Numbered from the stretch's first letter, positions 55,301 to 64,000 are shown. The stretch is DNA of 64,000 bases from Isurus oxyrinchus (GCA_026770705.1 JANJGN010000034.1:5890001-5954000), one strand, 5' to 3'. Notes: generated from the letters alone by a model not told the origin. Made by a program: numbers and translations.

Positions 55301-58300
55301 CAGTCTATGCGTGCCAAAAATGTCCAGGCCCCATCGTGAATTTCAGAAGCCCCATCAAATCACCTCTCAATCATTTTGTATTTTTGTACAATGGTTTAAA
55401 ATTGTCCAATCCTTCTTTCAAGAAGAAACAATCATCCCTGGAAACATTCCCATGAATACACTCTCTACGCCCTCTAATGTCTTCACTTCTCCCTTAACTA
55501 GGATGTCTAAAATATGATACAATTCCCTAGTTGAAGTCGAAATAATGGTAAAACAGGTTTACCATCACTTATTATTTTTTGGCTGCCTATTCCTCTATTT
55601 ATAAAGCCAAGGATTTCTTCTTGTTAAGTGGCAGCATTTTGAATCTGCCCTTCGTCTTGCAACCATTTGTCCTCTTATACTCCCAAAGCCCCATCAGCAG
55701 CTTCAATCCCCTTTGGAATGCTACCACACGTTGTTCATTACCTCCTCCTACAAAAACGAATTAATTCATGCCTCTCTCTATTAATTTCACCTCCAATAGT
55801 TCCTCCTATTCCACCCTTCGATCTGCGTTTGTTTGACGTTTTTCACCATTGTCCTTGCAATTCATAGTCCTGTGAAACCTGAAAAGTGAAAATCTTAAAG
55901 TGTTGCCCTGGACAGTCATATTTAGGTCCTTCATGCATACCATGTAGACAGATTGGAAGGGGGAAACAGCATAGTTTTTGTTGGCACTTCAGTGTGGATC
56001 ATCCATTTTATGAATTACAGAACTAAGCAACTGTCAACAAGCTGTAAAAGACCTAGGTGAGCAAAACATTCCCGGTGTTGCTTTCGACTACATGCCTTAT
56101 TATTTTGAACCATTAATCAAATACGTTTATTTCATTAAAAAAGTGGTTATCAATTCAGTCACCCGTTGTTTGGCGATAGGCCCACATTCATTTCTTTTGA
56201 TTTCAATAAAAGAAAATTCTGGGCAGAAAGCAAAACAGACTGACTATCCGATCGTGGGCAGGATGAATTTCCGAGGCTACGCGTGCGTGATTATTGTTGT
56301 ATTTTGTCTCAACTCTTGCTCAGTCCTGCACACTAATGGAATGCTGAATATTGTTAACTTTATCGATTTGTTACAACGTTTGAAAAGTATTCTAACCAAT
56401 AACAAAACTCCCCTACTCCTGAAAAATGTGTTTAATCTTAGATTTTTTGATTTGTTTATCATTTAATCCCTAACAGAAGAGAAACTCAACGCAAAAGATA
56501 AAGGTACCTGAACGGACATATTTTTCCTCAAAAAGCCAGAGATTGTCAATGGCTGATTGCTTCTTTACATGATTTGTTTTGTTTGCTTAGAGATGTTTTA
56601 TGTTTGTTTTCCTACTAATCAGATTGCTAGTATGTACCCTAACGGTTGGCAGCAGAAGAATCCTCTACAAGGGTTCCATAGTTTCGACTTATGAGAGCAC
56701 AATTTCAGATGCTGTGTCACACATAGTGGTAAGACAGTAAATAACGTGAACTAATTAACTGAAAAAGGAATTCACTTATGCTCCTTAAACAAGGTAGTGG
56801 TAACAACAAAGTGTTCACTAGCACAGTGAGTTTGGAATTAAAACGCATGTGGTGGTTAGGAATTACAGAATTGCTGATAAATTTTATGGAGGAGTTCTTG
56901 TGACGCCATTGTGGTGTCATAAATTACGCCCAGAAGATCCGCGTTCAAGTCTCACTTCAGGACTTCCTGGCTGTTGAAGCTGTTTTCGTAAGGTGGCCGG
57001 CTGTATTGCTTACCAACTTGTAAAACGTTCAAATGCGCCAGGCACCAGGTGCTAAGAATGGGACAGAATGCAGGAAGCCAGCCAGAATGCAGGAAGAAAT
57101 GTCAAATGGCAGTCGTATTTTGCCAAGCATAATCATGGCCATATCCAGTGGAAATCCATGTTCACCGACACCCCATGAATGCAAGGGGTGACTGAAAACT
57201 AGGAATGAAATAATGTATGTGGTAAGTTGTTCTGGTGGAGAATAGGCTTAAGCATGGGGCACTTGATTGGATGGACAGATATTTTCCTCTAATTTATATT
57301 GATTGGTCTACCCTCTCGCTATCGAAATCCATAGACTTTTTTTTTTCCGAAATGCATGACATTCCAAAATCGCATGGAAAAAAGACTGAGTGCCCTCTTT
57401 CTTTGATCGGCGATGTGCTAAACCAGGGTGAAGCACCGAGTGTCTAGTTAAATAATGTAATTGAACAATAGTTAAAGGGAAGAACTTGGCAAATTCCCGC
57501 AGAAAAACAAAATCTGCAAAAACATTTGATTCCACGCTTCTGCAAGTTAATTTGCAAACAGAAGCTCGGTGCATCTTACTAATAGAGACTTACCGCGCCG
57601 TTAAAGATGGAAGTATGCGATGTCTTATTTTTTAAGCATGTATAATATGCAAGTGAAATATCCTAAAACATGCCATGCAACTATTGGATGAACATCTCGG
57701 GGATATTGAATGTCACGTCTCTGTATGATATTGCACAATCTGTACTCAAGTAAGGTTACCAATGCCAGCCTTGCGCTTCCTGCTACTGCAACCCCGGCAT
57801 TCTGTTCTTCCTTAAAATGCATTAAGAAATGGTGGCACAAATTAGACCTCGTATTTTTTGAATATGACACAAGGATTAGCTGTGGGAAATATTCTGCCGT
57901 TATTTATGGTTAGGATAAGTAGGTGCCTCAGGAGGAAGCGAGCCCGAGTACATATGGGTGATATAATATGCAACATGTCGAAGTATGGAGCGGGTGGAAG
58001 GACATAATCCAGTTTTTCGAATACACTGACCTGTACTGAAATTCTGCAAAGTAAGTCGGGAAGGTTGGTCGGAGGGAGATGGGGAAACGTGCTGAAATTA
58101 AAGTAATGGTGAAACTCTCACATCTCACCAATTTAGAGATCCTAACGTGCCAAGAGTCTTTAAAGGATTCAGGTGGGAAATATATTTGCTTTTTTGTGTA
58201 AAATAGCCACTGCACAAAATATTCCAGCAATTCCTAATCCACACGTGGAATACAGAAATACCGATCAGTAATTTTAAATGTACAGATGTAGATTTTGCCT

Positions 58301-60433
58301 GCATCATATAATTGCCCAGCATAGCAAGAGGGCAATCCTCTACCTTGCCTATATCCCACTCCATATCTCTCTCCCTCTCTCATTAGCTGCGTTCTAGAAA
58401 ACTTTTCACACAACCTTCCAAATGCTTGTTCTGATCAATAACGTGTTGCTCCCCCTCAACCCCCTGCGCCCCACCCTAAGGTTTGTCTATGAATAACCTA
58501 AAATCTGTGTTTCTTTGTTGCTGGTCTTCCTGGACGCGGAAACCATTTATTGTTCTTTGATTTCTTAAGAATGATGGTCTCATCATATTGGGCGTAATTA
58601 TCATAGAGTCCATTAATCATCTTGCCCTGTTCAGAAAAATCTCACCTCCCTTCTGCTGTGTATATACCTTACGTCCAGGGTACTTTCGATTAAATCTTCC
58701 CTGTGCTCCCAACACGATTTGCGAAGCATTGCAAAGCGTGGTGCATCGCAATTAAATACAATATCCTAAAGTGGCGCATATTAAACAATAATGATTGAGA
58801 AGCTGCACTAAGTGTCGACGTGTTGGTTAGAAGCACATCTTCAGCAGTGAGTTCTCAACGAATTACTGATTCCGACAAATGCGTGGTTCTTTTACCTGAG
58901 CTTGTCCTCTGGCTGGGAGGGAATGGACGGCCATTGCGATAATTTCAGTTTCACGCTACTGTCCAGGATCATTATATGCCACAATATTTAGCATCATATA
59001 CATTAGTGTGTTGTGTGCAGAGTTATGCACGCAGCAGCATGCTTGATATAGCAACAGTTAAAATTCTCATCCACCTGCAAACGTGTGCCTTATCATATAA
59101 AACGTCAACTGTTTCAATGATTCCACAATCTTCTTGTTAACGTCATGCCTTGACAGAAACAAAGCTGAAAGGCAGAGAGAAAGGTAGACAGTTTAAGGAT
59201 TCGCTATTTTAAAAAGACAGATATTAACTTATTAGGGAAATAACTATGCACCTTTGTTTGCTGATTAACTTCTCTCAAATAGCATTTAGCTTTATTAATC
59301 GGAAGATTGGTTGAATTTGTTAACGGGCTTTTTGTGGAGAAAATCTTTCAGCTAGTGGTCGTGGCCATAATTGAGAGCCAGCAAGATAGGAGTTTAACAT
59401 TCATAAAAACTAACAGTCAGGAAAAAAAAACATTGCTCCAGAAAACTTTTAGAATGTGGAATTAGCTGCTACATGATCTTTTCGTATACGGAATTTCACT
59501 GCATTATTTAAAGCTGACAACACCGAGATTCCACGAATGTTCAATCGACCTGATGATCATGGAGTGTATATCGTGTTGTCCCCTCGAAAATTTTAGTTCA
59601 GCATGGTCAACTCCAGATAAATGGCTCCTGTGCATTGTTAAGCAAGTTTACGTCGTGCTTGCAGACTCGCTGAAAGACTAGTACTTCCAAACAATGGCGA
59701 TGCATTCCCTTGAGGATATGTTCGGGCTTTGGGTCCTTATTTCAGATGGATACATATTGATCTCTGAATATCCAGACTGTGTTCCCTCTGGTGCTTTGCA
59801 GTCATTAAAGAGGCCATGTGTGATGGAAATCGCTCGATGAATTCTCTGTCAGTCAACGAGCTGAAAGGCGTATGAGATTTAAGAAATGCTGCGTAGCAAA
59901 CGCTGTCCAGTCCATGCACGAAATAACAAATCAAACTGATCATTCTTCAAAGAATATTAAAGCGGAGTCTCACAAAGCTGCACATAGAAGCTATGTAAAC
60001 AACATCTACATGCACAAAAACATTATGCCTAATTTAACAGAGGCGCTACGAATTACATCGAAACATTTCTAGCTTAGCACGGATTTTAAGTTCTCCAGCA
60101 AAGAAAATTCACGAATGAAACCATGCCAATGTCTCTTGTAAAACGCAGAAGTTCGTCATGAATAAAATGCAGTTAGTGGAAGAGAGTGAAATAATTCCAG
60201 TTGCATTCCCCTATTCAATCTCAGTCTCTAACAGCAGTGTAGGTTACAGACACGATTGTTGACCGGATTGTTGGGCCAGTTTGATTGCTGTCTGGGAATG
60301 TAGGGATATAAAATGGAGCACTTCTGTAATCTGGACGAGGAAAGGTAACTGCTAACCTTGACAATGCCATGATCCTTATAAACCAGTTGTTTTCTTTCTG
60401 TCTTAGAATTGAATGACATTCAGCAGAAGTGCA
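1284..60433 (+). CDS. Internal part of a multi-micro-exon gene for a long Cys-containing coiled-coil protein (31 exons, 870 nt, ~290 aa in window; both ends outside)
   Basis: 31 AG..GT exons of 15/27/36 nt, all phase 1/1, join without stops into a sequence with 3-4 hydrophobic periodicity. Copy 1 vs copy 2 exons differ at 29/390 nt with no indels or stops, while introns carry many indels. Confidence 0.85.
2326..2352 (+). CDS. Micro-exon E2 copy 1, 27 nt, DGKLKGKEK
   Basis: gccttgacag|atggaaag...gaaaaag|gtagcc. Splice sites kept in 3 copies. Confidence 0.8.
3580..3606 (+). CDS. Micro-exon E3 copy 1, 27 nt, ELNDIQQKC
   Basis: ttctttctgtcttag|aattg...agtgca|gtgagt. 27/27 identical in all 3 copies. 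Confidence 0.9.
3848..4110 (+). mobile_element. Decayed tRNA-headed SINE with a Deu-domain-like body (also ~33418-33680 and ~60676-60950)
   Basis: A-box-like tgactcagtag and B-box-like gaattcaagtcc, then gttgagcac...gctgacac...taaaacgagg...tgccctc...gatgtaaatgaccc. Resembles DeuSINE cores as I remember them. Confidence 0.55.
4230..5035 (+). mobile_element. Decayed CR1-type LINE, RT C-terminal/3' fragment (also ~33780-34500 and ~61050-61860)
   Basis: Degenerate motifs: NAEK.....HFGGK at 4277-4315, RPQLENCFQFW at ~4520-4555, a CR1-like 3' end. Stops and frameshifts. Confidence 0.7.
5153..5402. other. N run (250 nt) beside a TC/GATA microsatellite; homologous N runs at 34606-34809 and 62012-62169
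   Basis: Directly visible; flanks read gatatatagatagcta and tagatagata. Confidence 0.95.
5405..6010 (+). mobile_element. Decayed CR1-type LINE RT fragment (also ~34810-35190 and ~62170-62760)
   Basis: cgactgcagcaagagata...aagtgg...aatgcacataaatctgaagtgttgcattttggc resembles LQ.DI...KW...NA.K.EVLHFG; ctgagaggagatcta reads LRGDL. Confidence 0.7.
6500..9172 (+). mobile_element. Decayed non-LTR retrotransposon (CR1/L2-group APE+RT ORF2 with 3' tail); only the 3' end remains in copy 2 (~35190-35620); 5' part in copy 3 (~63260-64000)
   Basis: ORF 7915-8301 has NYRPISIL, QFGF and VIVLEIKAEF. GVPQGSVLGP starts at 8327 and FADD is at 8416-8427. Many stops and frameshifts. Confidence 0.85.
10762..10788 (+). 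CDS. Micro-exon E4 copy 1, 27 nt, KGDLWDKDS
   Basis: attctctcttgcag|aaggag...gattcag|gtaaac. Identical in copy 2. Confidence 0.88.
11391..11426 (+). CDS. Micro-exon E5 copy 1, 36 nt, EINDLQTKLQKC
   Basis: cacattttcag|aaataa...aatgcg|gtgagt. 36/36 identical in copy 2. Confidence 0.9.
11580..12840 (-). mobile_element. Highly decayed L2-like LINE fragment (also ~38040-39290)
   Basis: Minus-strand H.LDL...R motif (ORFs 12165-12413 and 38618-38866), similar to the end of an APE endonuclease domain. Otherwise weak. Confidence 0.4.
13267..13293 (+). CDS. Micro-exon E6 copy 1, 27 nt, DENLKAVVK
   Basis: tttcacccttcaacag|acgag...gtaaaag|gtactg. Copy 2 differs by D>E plus one synonymous change. Confidence 0.8.
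15380..16320 (-). mobile_element. CR1-type LINE 3' fragment (also ~41850-42770)
   Basis: ORF 15502-15726, DRMDVERMFPLVGESRTSGYHLKIR...FFSQ...LWNCLPQSAVEAGSL, is a typical CR1 ORF2 C-terminus. Confidence 0.85.
17600..20310 (+). mobile_element. Long, highly decayed CR1-type LINE (also ~44060-46710)
   Basis: IPQESLLALLLLNIRFNGFDYGVRNSISKFGASSKMG (ORF 19609-19896) is a degenerate VPQGSVLGP..F...INDLD.G....ISKFADDTK.G. CR1-like 3' tail at ~20150-20310. Confidence 0.65.
20721..20747 (+). CDS. Micro-exon E7 copy 1, 27 nt, ELSDLQQKC
   Basis: ttttctttttccttag|agctc...agtgca|gtaagt. Paralogous to E3. Confidence 0.88.
22219..22245 (+). CDS. Micro-exon E8 copy 1, 27 nt, KADLDQKDE
   Basis: gttactcttgcag|aagctg...gatgagg|gtaaag. 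Paralogous to E4. Confidence 0.85.
22931..22957 (+). CDS. Micro-exon E9 copy 1, 27 nt, EIGKKIGEL (probably ancestrally 36 nt from 22922, EMQEIGKKIGEL)
   Basis: Strong donor ttag|gtgagt. The pyrimidine tract ends in tacaa rather than tacag; the next AG (gcaag) is 9 nt downstream and in frame. Confidence 0.65.
   Translation, partial: KSARKLES
23895..24005 (+). mobile_element. Old Penelope-like terminal-repeat fragment shared by the copies (also ~50452-50570)
   Basis: aaacagaaaatgctggcaaaac...ggtctggcagcatctgcggaga is similar to the younger inserts at 49556 and 50788. Confidence 0.55.
24521..24535 (+). CDS. Micro-exon E10 copy 1, 15 nt, ENVKK
   Basis: tttcctttaccgattcacag|aaaatgtaaagaagg|gtatgt. 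Copy 2 differs by one synonymous change. Confidence 0.78.
25138..25173 (+). CDS. Micro-exon E11 copy 1, 36 nt, ELSTCQDTVKDV
   Basis: tttctctccgccttgcag|agctaag...gatgtag|gtgagt. Copy 2 has 2 synonymous changes plus V>L. Confidence 0.9.
26135..26149 (+). CDS. Micro-exon E12 copy 1, 15 nt, DQLKK
   Basis: gatttgtttcacag|atcaattaaaaaaag|gtaagt (consensus donor). Confidence 0.82.
26600..27450 (+). mobile_element. Decayed RTE-clade LINE 3' fragment (also ~53700-54650, which keeps ~120 bp more, including an SRI.LISHLR Zn-knuckle-like end)
   Basis: GH......IRLP.Q.....G.R..G.QR.....VLK.NM.K (ORF 54250-54540) matches the RTE ORF C-terminal pattern. Confidence 0.65.
27780..28520 (-). mobile_element. 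Decayed CR1-type LINE 3' end (also ~54990-55770)
   Basis: Begins catagatcggttacagcagagagagaggccatcgggc, the reverse complement of a CR1-type tail, followed by antisense RT C-terminal-like sequence. Confidence 0.5.
28787..28822 (+). CDS. Micro-exon E13 copy 1, 36 nt, ELSNCQQAGKDL
   Basis: ttttgaattacag|agctaag...gacctag|gtgagt. Paralogous to E11 and E1. Confidence 0.88.
29252..29278 (+). CDS. Micro-exon E14 copy 1, 27 nt, EEKLNTKEK
   Basis: taatcccaaacag|aagaaa...gagaaag|gtacct. Paralogous to E2 and E6. Confidence 0.8.
30877..30912 (+). CDS. Micro-exon E1 copy 2, EILTCQESLKDS
   Basis: ctcacctttttag|agattc...ttcag|gtggga. One synonymous change vs copy 1. Confidence 0.85.
31904..31930 (+). 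CDS. Micro-exon E2 copy 2, ETKLKGKEK
   Basis: gccttgacag|aaacaaag...gaaaaag|gtaggc. Confidence 0.8.
33149..33175 (+). CDS. Micro-exon E3 copy 2, ELNDIQQKC
   Basis: tttctgtcttag|aattg...gtgca|gtgagt. Confidence 0.9.
37241..37267 (+). CDS. Micro-exon E4 copy 2, KGDLWDKDS
   Basis: atctcccttgcag|aaggag...gattcag|gtaaac. Confidence 0.88.
37839..37874 (+). CDS. Micro-exon E5 copy 2, EINDLQTKLQKC
   Basis: cacattttcag|aaataa...tgcg|gtgagt. Confidence 0.9.
39711..39737 (+). CDS. Micro-exon E6 copy 2, EENLKAVVK
   Basis: tttcacccttcaacag|aagag...gtaaaag|gtactg. Confidence 0.8.
47107..47133 (+). CDS. Micro-exon E7 copy 2, ELHNIQEKC
   Basis: tttacttttcctcag|agctcc...agtgca|gtaagt. Confidence 0.85.
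48574..48600 (+). CDS. Micro-exon E8 copy 2, KNDLDQKDE
   Basis: gtaactcttgcag|aaaatg...gatgagg|gtaaag. Confidence 0.85.
49259..49285 (+). CDS. Micro-exon E9 copy 2, EFGKKVGEL (36-nt form would start at 49250)
   Basis: ttattttacaaaaatgcaag|aattcgg...attag|gtgagt. Same tacaa as copy 1. Confidence 0.65.
   Translation, partial: NSARKLEN
49556..49777. mobile_element. Copy-2-specific Penelope-like inverted-repeat insertion with TSD
   Basis: Arms 49621-49682 and 49700-49759 are near-perfect reverse complements. Flanked by aagtattagcgcca (49542) and aagtattagtgtca (49778). Empty site at ~23215 in copy 1. Confidence 0.8.
50788..51279. mobile_element. Copy-2-specific Penelope-like inverted-repeat insertion (~490 bp) with TSD and hammerhead-like motifs
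   Basis: Arms ~50821-51040 and ~51050-51279. Flanked by gagaattatgaata (50774) and gacaattatgaata (51280). Empty site gagaattttgaata at ~24213 in copy 1. Confidence 0.85.
51589..51603 (+). CDS. Micro-exon E10 copy 2, ENVKK
   Basis: tttactgattcacag|aaaatgtaaagaaag|gtatga. Confidence 0.78.
52216..52251 (+). CDS. Micro-exon E11 copy 2, ELSTCQDTVKDL
   Basis: ctctccgccttgcag|agctaag...gatttag|gtgagc. Confidence 0.9.
53217..53231 (+). CDS. Micro-exon E12 copy 2, AKLKK
   Basis: gatttgtttcacag|ctaaattaaaaaaag|gtaagt. Confidence 0.82.
56021..56056 (+). CDS. Micro-exon E13 copy 2, ELSNCQQAVKDL
   Basis: tttatgaattacag|aactaag...gacctag|gtgagc. Confidence 0.88.
56477..56503 (+). CDS. Micro-exon E14 copy 2, EEKLNAKDK
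   Basis: taatccctaacag|aagaga...gataaag|gtacct. Confidence 0.8.
58137..58172 (+). CDS. Micro-exon E1 copy 3, EILTCQESLKDS
   Basis: ctcaccaatttag|agatcc...ttcag|gtggga. Two synonymous changes vs copy 1. Confidence 0.85.
59157..59183 (+). CDS. Micro-exon E2 copy 3, ETKLKGREK
   Basis: gccttgacag|aaacaaag...gagaaag|gtagac. Confidence 0.8.
60407..60433 (+). CDS. Micro-exon E3 copy 3, ELNDIQQKC
   Basis: ttctttctgtcttag|aattg...gtgca|gtgagt. Confidence 0.9.
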
Positions 60434-61888
60434 GTGAGTATTCCATGAGCCAGCAGCCACCAAGGTGTGGATTTCCCGATTGATTTCAAAGCCTGTGATG
60501 TTGAAAAAAACTTATCCGTGGACAAAACGTGTGCCTTGGGGACAAAATTTATTCGAGGGAGGATATTAAAGCACATCCCAAAGGCATGAGGAGAAAATGT
60601 CTGAAAGCGAACAGCGTTGTTAGCTTCTTCCCTAAAGCTGCGCCGATTGTTTTGTCCTCACAGATTCCAGCTATTTGGCTGTGACTCAGTTGACAGAACT
60701 TGCAACTTGTGGTCAGAAGATTGCAAATTCAGTCCAGAATTAGAAGTTGAGCGCATGCGCAGATACTGACACGTCAGTGCAGCCCTCAGGCAGCATGGAA
60801 TGCCGGAAGTTTAACCGTTTCATCCATAAAACGAGGCGATGTCTGCCGTCGAACTTGGAAGTAAATGACCCAATGCCACATTTGCCATCAACAAAGGGAA
60901 GATTTCAACCGATGTCCTGGTGAATACTTACCACTTAATTAAACCTCACATGACAAGATTTCTTTGGTGGTCTTGACGGCCCTGGTGAGTCGGCTGCAAC
61001 AAGTATCTGTGTCGAAGCAGTTCAATCAGAGTGGTCCTTGTATAGCCATCTTTATGTTGGCAGATGGATCAGACGGAGAATTGAAAGATGATGTCTAACG
61101 CAGAAAATTGCGATCAAACCACATTGGTGGGAAGGACAAGGTGAGGCAATGCAAGAGAAAGTGTCAAAATCTAAATGGGTTTTACGGTATTTACCCCCGG
61201 ATAGCAATGTGCACAAAATGCTCAGGGTGACAAGGCAGGTTGAATGGGCGGATAAAAAGCAAAACCGGTCCCTAAATTTATGAACGACAGTCATATAGCA
61301 CAAAGACATGTGGGTTACAATAAATTTATAAAATACAGGGCGGCACTCAACTAGAGAATTGTTGCCAATTCTGGACAACATTCTTCAGGAAAATATATGG
61401 GCATTATAGAGCGTGCAAAAGTATAATTTCAAATTAATTCCAGGGATGAGGAGCTGTACTTACATGTGCACAGATGTGCTTCACCTTGGTGATCAGAATA
61501 TTAACGAACTATCTGATAGAGGTGAACATAATCATTAGGATCCCGGAGAGAGTAAACACGGGAGAGTTGCTCCGTTGGCAGGAACGGTCGAAAATCTGTA
61601 GAGACCGAATTAGGGTAATTGACATAATAAACAGTGATGCCATGAGGGAGACATATACTTTTCCAGCGAGTGGTTAGTATTTGGATTATACTGGTAACGA
61701 TGTCGTGGAGGAATGTTCTATAGACGTTTTCAACAGAGTATTAAATAATTATATCAAGAAGGGAGTTACTTCGGAGGAGTGTTACTTGGAACAGCAGGAC
61801 AGTCGGATGAAATAAAATTAATAGAGAGATCCGGCACTGGCTCAAGATATCAGATGGTCTCTTTCTCTATCTGTCTGGCTCCCTCTCT

Positions 61889-61930
<42 letters not shown>

Positions 61931-64000
61931 TCCTCTCAATATGTTATATAGCCGATTAAATAGAAAACGAGACAAATATATAGATAGATAAGTCGATAGA
62001 TTGTTAGATATNNNNNNNNNNNNNNNNNNNNNNNNNNNNNNNNNNNNNNNNNNNNNNNNNNNNNNNNNNNNNNNNNNNNNNNNNNNNNNNNNNNNNNNNN
62101 NNNNNNNNNNNNNNNNNNNNNNNNNNNNNNNNNNNNNNNNNNNNNNNNNNNNNNNNNNNNNNNNNNNNNAGTATTTTGACAATTCTTTAACACATCCGAA
62201 TGACACAAGGCATGGAGGTGCAGCAAACAAACAGGTTGATATTAAGCGACTGCAGCAAGAAAAAAATAGTTGAGCAGCATAAGCATCAAGTGGCGGATCA
62301 AAAGTTATGCACATAAATATGAAGAGATGCTTTTTGGCAAAACCAATACAGGAAGGCAAATACCATTATTTCTGTGTGCAACTGAACAGATAAGGAGCAG
62401 AATATTTTTGAAGTTGTCGTGAAATATTATAAGTGTACCTATCAAGTTATTCGGATTATTGGGCTTAATATGTGGAGGCGTTCAGCACAAAAGTTGAAAA
62501 TTGTGCATAGCCTTTTGAAGCTCAAGTTATGCAGCAGTTAACGTTGTTGCATCAGGTTATCAACATATATTTGGAAGGAGCGACTGATCATAAAGAGGTT
62601 GGTGAGGAGAATTGGCAGAATGGTTCCATGTACAAGTGAATTTAACGACCAAGGAACATTGGTCACGAACGTTTGTTTTCCATAGTGAATGGAAGGCTGC
62701 GAGGTGATCCATAAGTTAATATCAAGGTTAGGGAAGGGAGAAAAAGAGATCCCGTTCCTGTATGCTTAAGGTACAGGGATGACGAGGACACAATTTTCCG
62801 TTTTGTGCACGGGTGATTATAATATGTTGAAGATGTTATCTTTGCAAGCAATACTTACATGCCATGGACGAATAGATAAAAATATTTTTAAAAATTAGAA
62901 TAGAGGGGGAGGACCTTTGTTAATTAACTCACCATCTAGTAAGTTGCTAAAATAATAGTCATTCAGTAATTTCAAAATGAAATCAGCATGGGCTGATTAA
63001 TTCGACAGGCAGACGGTTATAGTGTTGGAAAACAGGAATGACTGCTTGGCCCTAGAGAATGCCGTATGGGTTCCACCGGCCTTAGGGCATCTGATGCTCC
63101 GGACCTGTGGCCTCAAACCCTCCATATTTCTGTTACTTGCCATCAGAAATGCTCAATGAGTTGTATTAAAGGCTTCACAGAAAATTGGATAAGGGCCGAA
63201 ACTGGAGACACACATCAAGATCGAACTAGTCAAAGGCTTAAACAACGACAATTTCAGCCCTGTTGACCCTTCTAAGATAGCTTGACTAAAAACTGGGGGC
63301 TGGTGGCAAAGTGGGAGAGGTATCCAACAGTTCAGTCGAACAGCAGTCATATTTATAATCAGCGATTCACCGTTCCTGTCAAAGGCATGGCAGGGCCATC
63401 AGTCGACAGGCCCAGCCTAGATGGCAGTGCTATAGCGTATGGATGAAAGTGCAATAGGGACCCTTAATACCGTCACATGACATCAAACCAAACATTGCTG
63501 AGGAAACGTCCTGCTGTTTACCTCGTACTGCAGTCCACACCCACCCTTGCAGCTGAAGAATCAGTACTCTTCCATGTTAAACGCCACTTGGAGAAACATA
63601 GAGGGTGGCAATGGCGGACAATTCGCTTCCATCACCAACACGTAAAATGTCTTTGTAGCACCACCGTAGCGTGAGCGATACGAGTGCGAAAGGACATACA
63701 TGAGAGGCTGGATCTGTGGCTACTGGTCAAGGGAGTAAAGAAGAGAGGGAATGAACCACAGGAAACTGCCTGCTGCTGAGGTGTCTGTCCATGAAAAGAA
63801 TCGTTTGCAGTTACCACTGCACAGTCATTGTGGAGACATTGTGGATACCGACCAACTTGTGGCGCCGCATTACCACCGTGCCAAAGAGGATAATGTAGGA
63901 ACACATCAAGCAGGTAAAGCCGAGGTAGTCATGAGTCTATGTGGTCCATCAGCAGAAGCAGAACTGTACTCAATCAAAATGTTTAACCTCATGGCCGGGC

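Larger units (their letters stand above)
29586..56805. repeat. Large direct tandem unit, copy 2
   Basis: Colinear with copy 1. Lacks ~2.96 kb (junction ~35190) and has two extra hairpin insertions at ~49556 and ~50788. Confidence 0.95.
56806..64000. repeat. Large direct tandem unit, copy 3 (partial; matches ~1-7290 of copy 1)
   Basis: Colinear with copy 1 to the window end (tttaacctcatggccgg matches ~7270-7288). Keeps the segment missing from copy 2. Confidence 0.95.

Noticed and set aside
1284-60433. Assigning a gene symbol (butyrophilin/BG, tetherin, tropomyosin, lectin neck)
   Set aside because: Only architectural analogy; no diagnostic domain lies in the window and I do not recognise the peptide.
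772-63904. The 60-180 aa ORFs in the supplied track as stand-alone genes
   Set aside because: Their starts, stops and frames are not conserved between repeat copies. Recognisable ones are LINE debris. ORF 1115-1444 only contains exon E1 (EILTCQESLKDS) in frame.
1-64000. The tandem copies as an assembly artefact (duplicated haplotypes)
   Set aside because: Copies differ by roughly 15-20% by eye, with copy-specific insertions, TSDs and deletions, far more than allelic divergence.
1-64000. CRISPR array or prokaryotic operon
   Set aside because: No short repeat-spacer array and no dense ORFs; the sequence is intron- and retroelement-rich eukaryotic DNA.

Overview
AT-rich, repeat-dense vertebrate genomic DNA. 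The CR1/L2/RTE LINE, Deu-domain-like SINE and Penelope-like repeats suggest a cartilaginous fish; that is my inference from remembered repeat families, not a database result. The whole window is about 2.25 copies of a diverged direct tandem unit: copy 1 ~1-29585, copy 2 ~29586-56805, partial copy 3 ~56806-64000, roughly 80-85% identical by eye with many indels. The ORF track is almost all noise or LINE debris. The real coding signal is a chain of 14 plus-strand micro-exons per unit (31 in the window). Each is 15, 27 or 36 nt, AG..GT bounded and symmetric phase 1. They splice into one stop-free ~290-aa Lys/Glu/Leu-rich coiled coil with regularly spaced Cys. Copy 1 reads EILTCQESLKDS-DGKLKGKEK-ELNDIQQKC-KGDLWDKDS-EINDLQTKLQKC-DENLKAVVK-ELSDLQQKC-KADLDQKDE-(EMQ)EIGKKIGEL-ENVKK-ELSTCQDTVKDV-DQLKK-ELSNCQQAGKDL-EEKLNTKEK. 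I found no start, stop, signal peptide, TM segment or globular domain, so this looks like the interior of a very large micro-exon gene whose rod grew by intragenic duplication of whole ~28-kb blocks. I cannot name the gene. Exon coordinates were counted by hand; repeat boundaries are approximate.
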